A stretch of DNA of 63,575 bases, filler included, from Deltaproteobacteria bacterium (lineage in GTDB: Bacteria; JACQOV01): assembly GCA_016202395.1 (NCBI GenBank). It is 7 parts of 7 records of this genome, joined end to end, with 100 filler letters (N's around TTAATTAATTAA, not from the genome) between each part and the next. Parts side by side here need not be neighbours in the genome. Positions count along the whole stretch, not along the records: positions 1 to 16,660 come from JACQOV010000073.1; positions 16,761 to 22,605 come from JACQOV010000077.1; 5 more parts are not named here. One strand, 5' to 3'. Of the stretch, positions 10,038-19,968 are shown in pieces. The notes under the pieces were generated by a model. That model was given only the letters and a program-made list of their open reading frames with translations. It ran no database searches and was not told the origin of the DNA. The position numbers were made by a program, and so were the translations under genes. The first letter of the stretch is position 1; each line of letters starts with the position of its first letter.

Positions 10038-10963
10038 TGAAATATTCCAAGGCGATGTTGCGGAAAAGAGCGCTTGAGGGCGAGTCCATCTTGGAGCAGA
10101 TTGGTGGCACTCCTTTGGTTCGAATTCGTAACTTAGCCAAGAAGGTGGCCCCGGTCGAGATTTATGCTAAAGCGGAATGGTTCAATCCCGGTGGCTCTGT
10201 GAAGGATCGCCCTGCTCTTTGGATGATTGAAGAAGGGGAGAGTAATGGGAAACTTACGAGGGAAAAGATCATCCTGGATGCTACCTCTGGAAACACCGGA
10301 ATTGCCTATGCCATGATTGGGGCCGTAAAGGGGTATCGAGTGACCTTGGTGATGCCTGCCAATGTGTCGAAAGAGCGGGTGCTTACGGTGAAAGCGTATG
10401 GAGCGGAGATGATTCTTACCGATCCCATGACCGGGACCGATGGGGCGCAGCTTAAAGTGAGTGAATTGATGAAGAAAGAGCCTGATAAATACTTTGTTCC
10501 AGGGCAATACGCTAATGAAGCCAATCCTCGAGCCCATTACGAAACAACAGGGATTGAGATTTACGAGCAGACGGGGGGAAAAGTGACTCATTTTGTTGCC
10601 GGGATCGGAACGAGTGGGACCGTCATGGGGACGGGGAGACGGTTGAAAGAGTTCAATCCAAAGATTCAGGTGGTGGCTGCCGAGCCCGAAAACGGTCTTC
10701 ACGGTTTGGAGGGATTGAAACACATGGCCACCTCGATTGTGCCCACGATTTACCACGAAGAGGAGCTGGATCAGAAAATTTCTGTTCCCACGGAAGAGGC
10801 TTATAAAATTGCGGAACGACTTTCGAAAGAGGAGGGATTGTTGGTGGGGCATTCCTCGGGGGCGGCTTTGTGGGCTGCGCTGCAGGTGGCCCATGATTTA
10901 AAAGAAGGGGTGATTGTTACTATTTTCCCTGACAGAGGAGATCGCTATTTTAGCGCGACGTAA
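10034..10963 (+). CDS. cysM: Cysteine synthase, CysM/O-phosphoserine sulfhydrylase type
   Basis: NPGGSVKDR, ATSGNTG, GIGTSGT, HGLEGLKH (CysM-type loop), FPDRGDRY. Confidence 0.8.
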   Translation: MMKYSKAMLRKRALEGESILEQIGGTPLVRIRNLAKKVAPVEIYAKAEWFNPGGSVKDRPALWMIEEGESNGKLTREKIILDATSGNTGIAYAMIGAVKGYRVTLVMPANVSKERVLTVKAYGAEMILTDPMTGTDGAQLKVSELMKKEPDKYFVPGQYANEANPRAHYETTGIEIYEQTGGKVTHFVAGIGTSGTVMGTGRRLKEFNPKIQVVAAEPENGLHGLEGLKHMATSIVPTIYHEEELDQKISVPTEEAYKIAERLSKEEGLLVGHSSGAALWAALQVAHDLKEGVIVTIFPDRGDRYFSAT

Positions 10964-11957
10964 CATTTTAGTGGCGCTTGGGGTTCTTTCACTTCTTGCG
11001 AACTGTCAACCGAAAGAGCCTAAAGAGCAAGTCATTCGGGTGGCGGTGATGCCCAATCTCACTCATGCTCCCGCGTTTGTGGGGTTGGCGGAGGGATTAT
11101 TGGCCCAAGAGTTGGGAGCGAGCATCCAGATCAAGCCCCAACTTTTCAACGCCGGTCCTTCCATTGTCGAGGCGGTTTTGGCCGGAGAGATCGATTTGGC
11201 CTATCTGGGGCCCGGTCCTGCGTTGAATGGTTACTTCCGATCCAAGGGAAAGGGATTTAAAGCATTAGCCGGAGTGACCTCGGGTGGGGCGGCCTTGGTG
11301 GTGCGGCAAGGGGTTTCCATCGTCACTTCTTTGGACCTCCATGGGAAAAGGTTAGCCACTCCTCAGATTGGCAACACACAAGATATCGCCCTTCGTTACT
11401 GGCTTTCGGAGGTGGGACTCCAAACGAAAGAGCAAGGAGGGACAGTCTCAGTGATCCCGGTCGAGAACCCGATGCAGCTTCCATTGCTTCTCCGTGGGGA
11501 GATCGACGGTGTTTGGACGATTGAGCCTTGGGTTTCTCAGCTCATCTTGAAAGGCAGTGGCAAGATCCTTTTCGAGGAGGCCTCTCTTTGGCCGCAGGGG
11601 CATTATCTTACGGTTCTTTTAATCGCCTCTCAACCGTTTTTGGAAAAACATCCCCAATGGGTTGAACAGTGGATGGCGGGGCATGTCCAAACCATTCGCT
11701 GGATTCGGTCCCATTCGGAGGAGGCTCGTGATTTGACTCGTAGCGAGATCAAAAGGCTGGCTCAGCTGGACATGGATCCTCCGGTTTTCTCGGCCGGCTG
11801 GAGCCGATTGGAGTTTACCTTTGATCCTTTAAAAGATTCGTTTCGAGAGATGGCTCGTCGATCCGCTCAGATCGGCTACTTAAAAGGATCGATTGAAGGG
11901 GTGGATGACATTTGGGATCTGAGATTTCTTGATAAAACTTTGAAACAGATTCCTTAA
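10914..11957 (+). CDS. NitT/TauT/SsuA-family ABC substrate-binding lipoprotein (start uncertain)
   Basis: Lipobox LANC; PNLTHAPA, YLGPGPA, ATPQIGNTQDIALR. Confidence 0.87.
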   Translation: MLLFSLTEEIAILARRNILVALGVLSLLANCQPKEPKEQVIRVAVMPNLTHAPAFVGLAEGLLAQELGASIQIKPQLFNAGPSIVEAVLAGEIDLAYLGPGPALNGYFRSKGKGFKALAGVTSGGAALVVRQGVSIVTSLDLHGKRLATPQIGNTQDIALRYWLSEVGLQTKEQGGTVSVIPVENPMQLPLLLRGEIDGVWTIEPWVSQLILKGSGKILFEEASLWPQGHYLTVLLIASQPFLEKHPQWVEQWMAGHVQTIRWIRSHSEEARDLTRSEIKRLAQLDMDPPVFSAGWSRLEFTFDPLKDSFREMARRSAQIGYLKGSIEGVDDIWDLRFLDKTLKQIP

Positions 11958-11961
11958 AACG

Positions 11962-12801
11962 ATGCGACTTAAAGTAGAAAATTTATCGAAGATCTTTCCG
12001 ACTCGCCATGGAACCTTATCGGCTTTGGAGGAGATTAACTTCGAAGCAAGGGAAGGGGAGTTTTTGTGTTTGGTGGGGCCCTCCGGTTGCGGCAAGTCGA
12101 CGCTGCTCAATATTATTGCGGGGCTTCAGCCCCCCGATCAAGGTCGAGTCTGGATGAATGGTGAAGAGGTGAAAGGGCCGGGAACTGATCGAATTGTGAT
12201 TTTCCAAGATGCGGGGCTCTTCCCCTGGCTCAACGTTCGTCAGAATGTCGGATACGGCTTGAAGATTGCGGGTGTTCCACCGCAGCAGCGTCATCAGATT
12301 GCGATGAGTTTTTTAAAGATGGTTCACCTTTCTCGATTTGCGGGGAGCTACGTTCATGAGCTCTCTGGAGGGATGCGTCAGCGGGTGGCCATCGCCCGGG
12401 CTTTGGCGATGAATCCAAAGGTGCTGCTTTTAGATGAACCGTTTGCGGCGCTCGATTCTCAGACCCGCGATATTTTGTCGGGTGAGCTTCAAGATATCTG
12501 GGCTCGAACGAAGAAAACGATCGTTTTTGTCACACACAACGTTCGAGAGGCGGTTTGCCTGGGAGATCGAGTTCTGGTTTTGTCTTCTCAGCCAGGTCGG
12601 ATCAAGAAAGAGCTTTGTGTGACGCTTCCTCGCCCTCGTTCGCTCAATAGTGTGGAGGTTGGGGAGCTCGCAAGTTTAATCCTAAAGGAACTCCGCGAGG
12701 AGATTGAACGGGTTATGAGTAAGGAGATGGATAGTGACTGGTCGACTCAAAAGTCTGATCTTTTTGATCTTATTGATCGGAATCTGGGAAGCGGGATCTA
12801 G
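11962..12801 (+). CDS. NitT/TauT-family ABC ATP-binding protein
   Basis: [27 protein letters not shown]. Confidence 0.92.
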   Translation: MRLKVENLSKIFPTRHGTLSALEEINFEAREGEFLCLVGPSGCGKSTLLNIIAGLQPPDQGRVWMNGEEVKGPGTDRIVIFQDAGLFPWLNVRQNVGYGLKIAGVPPQQRHQIAMSFLKMVHLSRFAGSYVHELSGGMRQRVAIARALAMNPKVLLLDEPFAALDSQTRDILSGELQDIWARTKKTIVFVTHNVREAVCLGDRVLVLSSQPGRIKKELCVTLPRPRSLNSVEVGELASLILKELREEIERVMSKEMDSDWSTQKSDLFDLIDRNLGSGI

Positions 12802-13492
12802 GGCCGAGCTTTGGCCCGATTATCTTTTCCCGTCTCCCTCGGCCATTGGATCTACCTTGATCGATGGTGTTAAAGACGGTTCCATTCTAATAGGAATTGG
12901 TGTGAGCCTTTGGCGGATTCTTTTGGGGTATGGGCTTTCAGTGGTTGGAGGAGTCTTGCTAGGCCTTTTGATTGGGCGTGTTCAGGTTCTCGATCAGACA
13001 CTGGGTGTTTTATTGGTGGGATTGCAATCCCTTCCGAGCATTGCGTGGTTCCCTTTGGCGATCCTTTGGTTTGGTTTGAGTGAGGGGGCGATTCTATTTA
13101 TTGTAGTCATGGGGGCTTTCCAGTCGATTGTGATTGCGACCGATGCCGGTGTTCGAGGAATCTCTCCTTTGTACGTCAACGTGGCTCGGAATTTGGGAGC
13201 GAAAGGGTTCCAATTTTACTGGCGTCTGTTAATTCCAGCGACCCTTCCAGCCATTGTGACGGGGATGAAACAAGGGTGGGCTTTTGCGTGGCGGTCGCTC
13301 ATTGCGGGAGAGATGATTTTTGGCAATCTCGGCTTGGGCTATCTTTTGATGAAGGGACGAGAGCTTAACAATATGGATGAGGTGCTGGCGGTGATGGTGG
13401 TGATTATTGTGTTTGGTTTGTGTGTGGATCAGTTGTTATTTCGGCGCGTGGAGAAAAAGATTCATCAACGTTGGGGAATGATAGGAACGTGA
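12734..13492 (+). CDS. NitT/TauT-family ABC permease
   Basis: Multiple TM helices, FPSP, LQSLPSIAWFPL, ARNLGA EAA-like loop. Confidence 0.92.
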   Translation: MTGRLKSLIFLILLIGIWEAGSRAELWPDYLFPSPSAIGSTLIDGVKDGSILIGIGVSLWRILLGYGLSVVGGVLLGLLIGRVQVLDQTLGVLLVGLQSLPSIAWFPLAILWFGLSEGAILFIVVMGAFQSIVIATDAGVRGISPLYVNVARNLGAKGFQFYWRLLIPATLPAIVTGMKQGWAFAWRSLIAGEMIFGNLGLGYLLMKGRELNNMDEVLAVMVVIIVFGLCVDQLLFRRVEKKIHQRWGMIGT

Positions 13493-13508
13493 AAGGAGGA
13501 AATGGAAG

Positions 13509-14681
13509 ATGGGATTGATTAAGCCGCATGGTGGAGAGTTAAAGATTCGATTGGCGCCGGAGGCAAAGCGAAAGGCGCTTTTGGATCAAGCGAAGGGATT
13601 GCCGCAATTGGCCGTGGATGAAAGAACGGTTTCGGACATCGAGATGTTTGGGATTGGAGGCTACAGCCCCCTCGAGGGGTTTGTGGGAATTAAAGATTAC
13701 GCATCGATTGTTGAAAAGATGCATCTGGCAAATGGCCTTCCTTGGACGATTCCGATCACACTTCGAGTTTCTCAGGAGGAATCAAAGAGGTTGAAAGAGG
13801 GGAAGTCGATAGCCCTCAAAGATTCTCAAGGGACTCTTCTTGCTCTTTTAGAGGTGCAAGAAGTTTTTTCAGGGAATAAGGAGAATGAGGCCGCCAAGGT
13901 CTATAAAACCATCGATCGCTCTCATCCGAGCGTCGATTTTCTATTTCAATCGGGGGATGTGATCGTGGCGGGGCCTCTTCAGGTTCTGGAGCTTCCTAAT
14001 CAAAGCGAGTTCCCAAAAAATCGTTTAACGCCGGAGCAGACCCGTAAGATATTTTCTGAGCGAGGTTGGCAGCGCGTTGTGGGATTCCAAACCCGCAATC
14101 CGATTCATCGTGCCCATGAATATATTCAGAAATGCGCGATGGAGATTGTCGATGGGCTTTTCTTGCATCCGCTTGTCGGGAAAACCAAAGACGATGATGT
14201 TCCAGCGGAAATCCGAATGAAGAGCTATGAGACCATTGTTGAAAAATATTACCGAAAGGAGCGGGTGGTTTTAGGGGTTCTTCCAGCGCCGATGCGATAT
14301 GGCGGGCCGCGGGAGGCGATTCTTCATGCCATTATGCGTAAAAATTACGGTTGCAGCCATTTTATTGTGGGACGGGATCATGCTGGAGTCGGAAAATTTT
14401 ATGGCTCCTTCGATGCCCAAAAGATATTCGATGAGTTTGATCCCAAAATTTTGGAAATTACGCCGTTGTTCTTTGATTACACCTTTTATTGCAAGGCGTG
14501 TGGAAACATGGCCTCGCTTAAAACGTGTCCTCATGATCCGGACCAACATGTCACACTCAGTGGCACCAAGGTTCGGGAGATGCTTCGAGCGGGAGAATTG
14601 CCGCCTCCCGAATTTTCTCGAGCTGAGGTGGCTCAAATCTTAATTGAATCGATGCGTGTTCCATCGGCAAAGGCATCATGA
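13509..14681 (+). CDS. sat: Sulfate adenylyltransferase
   Basis: FQTRNPIHRAHE, MRYGGPREA, FIVGRDHAG, LSGTKVR. Confidence 0.96.
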   Translation: MGLIKPHGGELKIRLAPEAKRKALLDQAKGLPQLAVDERTVSDIEMFGIGGYSPLEGFVGIKDYASIVEKMHLANGLPWTIPITLRVSQEESKRLKEGKSIALKDSQGTLLALLEVQEVFSGNKENEAAKVYKTIDRSHPSVDFLFQSGDVIVAGPLQVLELPNQSEFPKNRLTPEQTRKIFSERGWQRVVGFQTRNPIHRAHEYIQKCAMEIVDGLFLHPLVGKTKDDDVPAEIRMKSYETIVEKYYRKERVVLGVLPAPMRYGGPREAILHAIMRKNYGCSHFIVGRDHAGVGKFYGSFDAQKIFDEFDPKILEITPLFFDYTFYCKACGNMASLKTCPHDPDQHVTLSGTKVREMLRAGELPPPEFSRAEVAQILIESMRVPSAKAS

Positions 14682-15784
14682 TATTTGGCGTTCCCAAGGA
14701 GATTAAAACAGGGGAGAATCGAGTCGGTCTGATTCCCGATGGCGCGAGCGCTTTACGCAAACTCGGCCAAACCATTTTGGTGGAACGAGGGGCAGGAGAA
14801 AAAAGTGGTTTTACCGATTCCGAGTACGCAGAGGCCGGAGCCGCTCTCGTTTCACGCCAGGAGCTTTTCGAGCGAGCCGATATCGTTGTCAAAGTCAAAG
14901 AGCCTCTCCCTAAGGAATATTCTTTGCTTCGGCCTGGCCAGACTCTATTCGGTTTTCTTCACTTGGCGAGTTCAAAAAAACTGACCCTTGCTCTTCTGGA
15001 GCGAAAAATTATCGGCTTTGGGATTGAGACTGTCCAGAAGAAAGATGGCTCCTTCCCATTGCTTGCTCCGATGAGTGAGATTGCGGGGAAACTTTCTGTT
15101 CAGGTTGGAGCCCATTTTTTGGAGAAGAATCAGGGTGGGAGAGGGGTGCTTCTTTCCGGCATCTCTGGAGCGCGTCCTGGAAAAGTGGTGATTTTAGGAG
15201 GGGGAACCGTTGGGAGGAATGCCCTTCAAGTTGCCTCCGGCATGGGGGCGCGGGTGGTTGTTTTAGATGTAAATCACAAACTCCTCCGGTCGATTCGACG
15301 GCAATATCGAGGGGTGAAAGTAGCGTTGTCCTCTGCGAAGCGAATCGAAAAGGAGTTAAAAAATGTGGATCTTCTCATCGGAGCGGTTTTGGTTCCTGGA
15401 GCCAAAGCTCCAACCGTTGTTACAGAGGCCATGGTTCGGGGCATGCCCCGAGGTTCTGTCATCGTCGATGTTGCGATTGATCAAGGGGGATGTATCGAGA
15501 CGATCCGACCGACGACTCATGACTCGCCCATTTACGTCCACCACGGCGTTCTTCATTATGGCGTTCAAAATATTCCATCGCTCGTTTCTCGGACTGCCAC
15601 ACGGGCTTTGTCCTCTCAGAGTCTCCCTTATTTAAAACAACTCGCCCGCTTTGGCATTGAGAAGGCTCTTCAAAAAAGCGCCGAGCTTCGAAGTGGCGTC
15701 CACCTTTGGAAAGGCCAACTCGCTCACCCCTCCGTCGCGAAATCCTTGGGGTTGGGTTCCTTTTCTTTAAGAGAATTATTGTAA
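14678..15784 (+). CDS. ald: Alanine dehydrogenase
   Basis: GVPKEIK.GENRV, KVKEP, LLAPMSEIAG, VDVAIDQGGC. Confidence 0.93.
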   Translation: MIFGVPKEIKTGENRVGLIPDGASALRKLGQTILVERGAGEKSGFTDSEYAEAGAALVSRQELFERADIVVKVKEPLPKEYSLLRPGQTLFGFLHLASSKKLTLALLERKIIGFGIETVQKKDGSFPLLAPMSEIAGKLSVQVGAHFLEKNQGGRGVLLSGISGARPGKVVILGGGTVGRNALQVASGMGARVVVLDVNHKLLRSIRRQYRGVKVALSSAKRIEKELKNVDLLIGAVLVPGAKAPTVVTEAMVRGMPRGSVIVDVAIDQGGCIETIRPTTHDSPIYVHHGVLHYGVQNIPSLVSRTATRALSSQSLPYLKQLARFGIEKALQKSAELRSGVHLWKGQLAHPSVAKSLGLGSFSLRELL

Positions 15785-16519
15785 CTTAAATTGATATTTT
15801 TGAGATTTAGCGGTCTTTTCTATAAAAGTGACGTTGTTTTCTGTATCAATCAAAATAATGGTGGAGGCGCGGGTGCCGTAGGTGGGGCTTTTAATGAAGA
15901 TAGGGGAAAGCATTCGTTCTAGCTCTAGTCCAACGCCGGTGTCTGGAAGCTCTGAATCGCGAGCAGGGGTTGTGTCTGCGAGTAGATCCAACAGATCTTC
16001 GGCCGAGAAAGATTCTCGAGAAAGAATGGCTTTAAGTTTTCCTTTCCCTCTTTTGACTTTGGGCCAAGGGGTATCCAATAAATGATTGCTCAAGCCATAG
16101 AGGCCAGGTTCCAGCTTCTGGGATTTCCTAACACGATTCGAAAAGTAGAAAAGATCCGATTTGTCTCCCGCCAGCAAACCAAAAGGATTATACTCTCGGG
16201 CCTCTTTTTCTATTTTTTGGAGATACTCCTCGGAACTTTCTTTTCCTTTCAAGAAATTGCTGACTAACAACCCGCGAGAAGGAGCCCCATCGCGATGGGC
16301 TTTCGGATCTCGGATATTGGCCAGCGCCGCAAATCGTCCGATTTTACTGACCCCACACCACGTCCCTCCCTTCAGCAGATCTTTGCCGGCAAGGATGTTA
16401 GGGTCTTCCTCCCAAAATGCGGCTGGAGCCGTAGGACGATTCGGAAACTCATCCCGATTCGCCGCAAAAACCAGGCGGTACTTGGGGTGATATTGATGAG
16501 CGAGTAGGATTAGACACAT
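15776..16519 (-). CDS. NRDE-family (TANGO2-like) protein
   Basis: N-terminal MCLI, AANRDEF, GGTW, LSNHLLDTPWPK, YGTR. Confidence 0.92.
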   Translation of the reverse strand: MCLILLAHQYHPKYRLVFAANRDEFPNRPTAPAAFWEEDPNILAGKDLLKGGTWCGVSKIGRFAALANIRDPKAHRDGAPSRGLLVSNFLKGKESSEEYLQKIEKEAREYNPFGLLAGDKSDLFYFSNRVRKSQKLEPGLYGLSNHLLDTPWPKVKRGKGKLKAILSRESFSAEDLLDLLADTTPARDSELPDTGVGLELERMLSPIFIKSPTYGTRASTIILIDTENNVTFIEKTAKSQKYQFKLQ

Positions 16520-16529
16520 TCAATGCTTT

Positions 16530-16890
16530 AGGGCACCTCTAAAAAACTATCTTCTACTGCAAAATCATGCTCTGGCCTACGACTACGTCGGATTTCACAA
16601 AAAGTCCTCAACGTACCTTCCAGGTACGTTTCCGGGCTTTTTGCTCATCCTCCTTGTCTCNNNNNNNNNNNNNNNNNNNNNNNNNNNNNNNNNNNNNNNN
16701 NNNNTTAATTAATTAANNNNNNNNNNNNNNNNNNNNNNNNNNNNNNNNNNNNNNNNNNNNGAGACAAGGAGGATGAGCAAAAAGCCCGGAAACGTACCTG
16801 GAAGGTACGTTGAGGACTTTTTGTGAAATCCGACGTAGTCGTAGGCCAGAGCATGATTTTGCAGTAGAAGATAGTTTTTAGAGGTGCCCT
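16530..16890. repeat. MITE-like element ends (GGGCACCTCTAAAAA termini) on both sides of a contig spacer
   Basis: 16531-16660 and 16761-16889 are near-exact reverse complements; same terminus at 51202, 51332 and 51828. Confidence 0.85.
16661..16760. other. Artificial contig spacer (also 22606-22705, 26008-26107, 44446-44545, 51682-51781, 56723-56822)
   Basis: Identical 100-nt N-run containing TTAATTAATTAA (stops in all six frames). Confidence 0.97.
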
Positions 16891-16893
16891 TAA

Positions 16894-17934
16894 CTAAAAA
16901 AGCTTTTCTTGAGCGTCTTTATGGAAAGGAAGGCCAAGGTGTTGATAGGCAAGACGAGTGGCAACGCGTCCCCGAGAGGTACGATCCACAAACCCTCCTT
17001 GGATCAAAAAAGGCTCGTAGACATCCTCAATGGTCTCTTTCTCTTCACTAATAGCGGCGGAAAGGGTTTCCACACCCACAGGTCCACCATTAAATTTTTC
17101 AATGAGGGTGAGAAGGATTCTTCGATCCATCTTGTCAAATCCTTGATGATCCACTTCGAGCAACTCTAGGGCCTGGCGAGCCAATAGGAGTGTGATGACC
17201 CCTTCCCCTTTGACCTGAGCGTAATCTCGAACGCGCCGGAGCAAACGGTTGGCCACACGGGGGGTTCCCCGAGAACGACCTGCAATCTCTCGAATCCCGG
17301 ACTCCTCACAATGCACTTGAAGAATATCGGCAGACCGCGTCAAGATCAGGAAAAGCTCCTCGGCATTATAATATTCCAGCCTCGCCGTAAATCCGAATCG
17401 ATCCCTCAAGGGAGCTGTCAGCAAACCGCTGCGTGTGGTGGCTCCGACCAAGGTAAATCTCGGAAGATCGAGTTTTAGAGTTCGGGCGCTGGGCCCTTGA
17501 CCAATCACCAAATCGATCTGAAAATCTTCCATGGCGGGATAAAGGATCTCCTCAACCGCAGGATTCAATCGATGAATCTCATCAATAAAGAGAATGTCGT
17601 TATGTTCCAAGTTGGTGAGAATCGCCGCTAAATCGCCAGAACGCTCAATCACGGGACCTGAGGTTGCCCGCAGTCCGACTCCCATTTCTTGCGCGAGGAT
17701 ATTGGCTAGCGTGGTTTTGCCTAGCCCGGGAGGGCCAGAGACCAAAACATGATCCAAGGCATCGCCACGGTTTCTAGCCGCTTGAACAAAGATTTTGAGA
17801 CTCTCCTTCACCTGGATCTGTCCTACGTAGTCTTCAAAACGCTTAGGACGAATGGAGGCCTCAAAAAGCTGATCCTCTTCCCCTTTTTGAGGAGATAGCT
17901 CTGAAGTGGAAAATCTGTCTTGCTTTTGTTCCAT
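16894..17934 (-). CDS. ruvB: Holliday junction helicase RuvB
   Basis: [30 protein letters not shown]. Confidence 0.98.
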   Translation of the reverse strand: MEQKQDRFSTSELSPQKGEEDQLFEASIRPKRFEDYVGQIQVKESLKIFVQAARNRGDALDHVLVSGPPGLGKTTLANILAQEMGVGLRATSGPVIERSGDLAAILTNLEHNDILFIDEIHRLNPAVEEILYPAMEDFQIDLVIGQGPSARTLKLDLPRFTLVGATTRSGLLTAPLRDRFGFTARLEYYNAEELFLILTRSADILQVHCEESGIREIAGRSRGTPRVANRLLRRVRDYAQVKGEGVITLLLARQALELLEVDHQGFDKMDRRILLTLIEKFNGGPVGVETLSAAISEEKETIEDVYEPFLIQGGFVDRTSRGRVATRLAYQHLGLPFHKDAQEKLF

Positions 17935-17938
17935 AAAA

Positions 17939-18523
17939 CTAACGGGCTAATTGACGCAACGATTCTTTAACCACCTTCTGCACATCTTGGCTCTCCTTTT
18001 CGCATGCCTCTTGAACAATCTTTTCCACATCTCGCCGCTTATAACCCAAATTTAGCAAGGCGGAAAGGGCATCTTCTTGGATCCTTCCCCCGCTTCCAGT
18101 CTTGGATGCAGTAGCCCATTCATTCTCAAATTTTTCTTTGAGCTCTATGATCAATCTTTCAGCAATTTTGGCCCCGATACCCGGAATGGATTGAAGCCTC
18201 CCTTTTTCTCGATGAACAATGGCTCCTACCAATTCTTCCGCTTCAATTCCTGAGAGAATATTGCGAGCGAGCCGAGGTCCCACTCCAGAAACCTGAATCA
18301 GACGCTCAAAAACCTCTTTCTCTTTGAGATCGAAGAAACCATAGAGTTCGATAAGATTCTCTCGAAGATGCGTATAGGCCCAGAGTTGAACAATTTCTCC
18401 TTCATTGGGAAGCTGAGAATGCGTTTTCAACGAGACATGGAGTTCATAACCCACGCCACTGGCCTCAATAATCACGGAGTGGACCGCCTTCCGCAAAATC
18501 TTTCCTTGGATGCTTGCAATCAT
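17939..18523 (-). CDS. ruvA: Holliday junction protein RuvA
   Basis: [31 protein letters not shown]. Confidence 0.97.
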   Translation of the reverse strand: MIASIQGKILRKAVHSVIIEASGVGYELHVSLKTHSQLPNEGEIVQLWAYTHLRENLIELYGFFDLKEKEVFERLIQVSGVGPRLARNILSGIEAEELVGAIVHREKGRLQSIPGIGAKIAERLIIELKEKFENEWATASKTGSGGRIQEDALSALLNLGYKRRDVEKIVQEACEKESQDVQKVVKESLRQLAR

Positions 18524-19044
18524 CGATTCACAAAACCTCCCATGGAGTGAAGCATAGGGCGTGAATCATTAAACCTTGCGGAGTCTGTGTGAGCATGACA
18601 AATCGCTGTCGCTAAGGCATCGGAAGCATTTAGATTGGATGAAATTTGTATTTTTAAAAGCCGCTTGACCATTTCCTGCACCTGCTCTTTTGTCGCCCGA
18701 CCATATCCGACCACTGCGAGTTTCACCTCCATTGGACTGTATTCTCGAACTTCTAAGCCCCTTTGAGCTCCAGCGAGAAGAACAACACCCCGAGCATAAC
18801 CTAAGCGAATGGAACTCTGAACGTTCTTGGAATAAAAAATATCCTCGACAGCAAGGACCTCCGGTTGATGACAACCTATTAAATCGATCAGGTGATCATG
18901 AATCCATTTAAGACGCTGCGAAATCGACAAATTCTTGGGAGGGACAATCTCTCCATTATCCAGATGATGAGGCCTCGTCCCATCCTTTTCGATGAACCCA
19001 TAACCCGTAGAAAGGGTCCCCGGATCAATACCTAAAATTCTCAT
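18520..19044 (-). CDS. ruvC: Crossover junction endodeoxyribonuclease RuvC
   Basis: ILGIDPG, EYSP..VK.AVVGYG.ATKEQV, DALA. Confidence 0.97.
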   Translation of the reverse strand: MRILGIDPGTLSTGYGFIEKDGTRPHHLDNGEIVPPKNLSISQRLKWIHDHLIDLIGCHQPEVLAVEDIFYSKNVQSSIRLGYARGVVLLAGAQRGLEVREYSPMEVKLAVVGYGRATKEQVQEMVKRLLKIQISSNLNASDALATAICHAHTDSARFNDSRPMLHSMGGFVNR

Positions 19045-19058
19045 GAGCGTACAGGAGT

Positions 19059-19115
19059 TAGCGTATAGCGTATAGTTTTTCTGCCTATACGCTATTCGCT
19101 ATACGCTATACGCTA
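19059..19115. repeat. Inverted heptamer tandem repeats (TAGCGTA)n / (CTATACG)n
   Basis: TAGCGTATAGCGTATAG then CTATACG-CTATTCG-CTATACG-CTATACG-CTA; last unit overlaps the yebC stop. Confidence 0.85.
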
Positions 19116-19871
19116 GGCGGAGAGACGCTCCATCTCTTCATTGCTGATATCAAAATTAGCGTAAACTTTTTGGACATCGTCCATGTCTTCAAGGGCTTGA
19201 ATCAAGGCAAGCAATCTTTTTGCTTCAATTCCAGAGATAGGAACCGTATTTTGTGCGATGCGACTGATCTCGGAAACTGTGTATTGCAGCCCTTTGGCAT
19301 CTAACTTCTCTTTTACATCCGAGAATTTTAGTGGATCGGTGTAAACTTCAATCAAACCATCCTTTTCATTATCCACCACGTCATCGGCCCCCGCCTCTAA
19401 GGCTACCTCCATCAAGAGATTTTCATCGATTTTCCCCTTTTCAAAGGTAAAGAAACCTTTCCGGTGAAACATCCAAGAGACGCATCCAGCCTCTCCCAGA
19501 TTTCCACCGTGTTTGGTAAAGCAATTTCGGATCTCAGGAACGGTCCGATTTTTGTTATCCGTTAAAGCCTCTACAAAAACGGCGATTCCTGACGGACCAT
19601 ACCCTTCATAAGTGGTTTCTTCATAGGAAACCCCTTGAAGTTCTCCTGTCCCCTTCTTGATTGCGTTTTCAATGTTGGCTTTGGGCATGTTGACCGTTTT
19701 TGCAGTCAGGATGGCCGACCTTAAACGGGGATTGGCATTGGCATCTCCGGATCCTCCGGTGCGGGCAGCCACTGTAATCTCACGAATCAATTTTGTAAAA
19801 ATCTTCCCTCGAACCGCGTCCTCTTTGGCCTTTTTATGCTTAATGGTGCTCCATTTTGAATGTCCAGACAT
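19113..19871 (-). CDS. yebC: YebC/PmpR family protein
   Basis: [27 protein letters not shown]; upstream of ruvCAB. Confidence 0.97.
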   Translation of the reverse strand: MSGHSKWSTIKHKKAKEDAVRGKIFTKLIREITVAARTGGSGDANANPRLRSAILTAKTVNMPKANIENAIKKGTGELQGVSYEETTYEGYGPSGIAVFVEALTDNKNRTVPEIRNCFTKHGGNLGEAGCVSWMFHRKGFFTFEKGKIDENLLMEVALEAGADDVVDNEKDGLIEVYTDPLKFSDVKEKLDAKGLQYTVSEISRIAQNTVPISGIEAKRLLALIQALEDMDDVQKVYANFDISNEEMERLSA

Positions 19872-19935
19872 CGAATGGCTCTCCTATGATTTGCAGCCTA
19901 TAAAATTTGTGCTAATGTACCATAACTTGTAGCTC

Positions 19936-19968
19936 TTGACTAGCCCTTGACTAACCTATGACTAGCCT
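19936..19968 (+). promoter_or_regulatory. Three 11-bp direct repeats abutting a start codon
   Basis: TTGACTAGCCC TTGACTAACCT ATGACTAGCCT then ATG 19969. Confidence 0.5.

Noticed and set aside
8598-10894. Long antisense ORFs (247 and 253 aa)
   Set aside because: Shadow frames of conserved PLP enzymes
16661-16760. Recurrent TTAATTAATTAA in N runs
   Set aside because: Artificial joining spacer; ORFs running into it and cross-spacer synteny are not biological evidence
16530-16890. Apparent 130-bp perfect inverted repeat or invertible segment
   Set aside because: Arms lie on different contigs ending in the same repeat; likely assembly collapse
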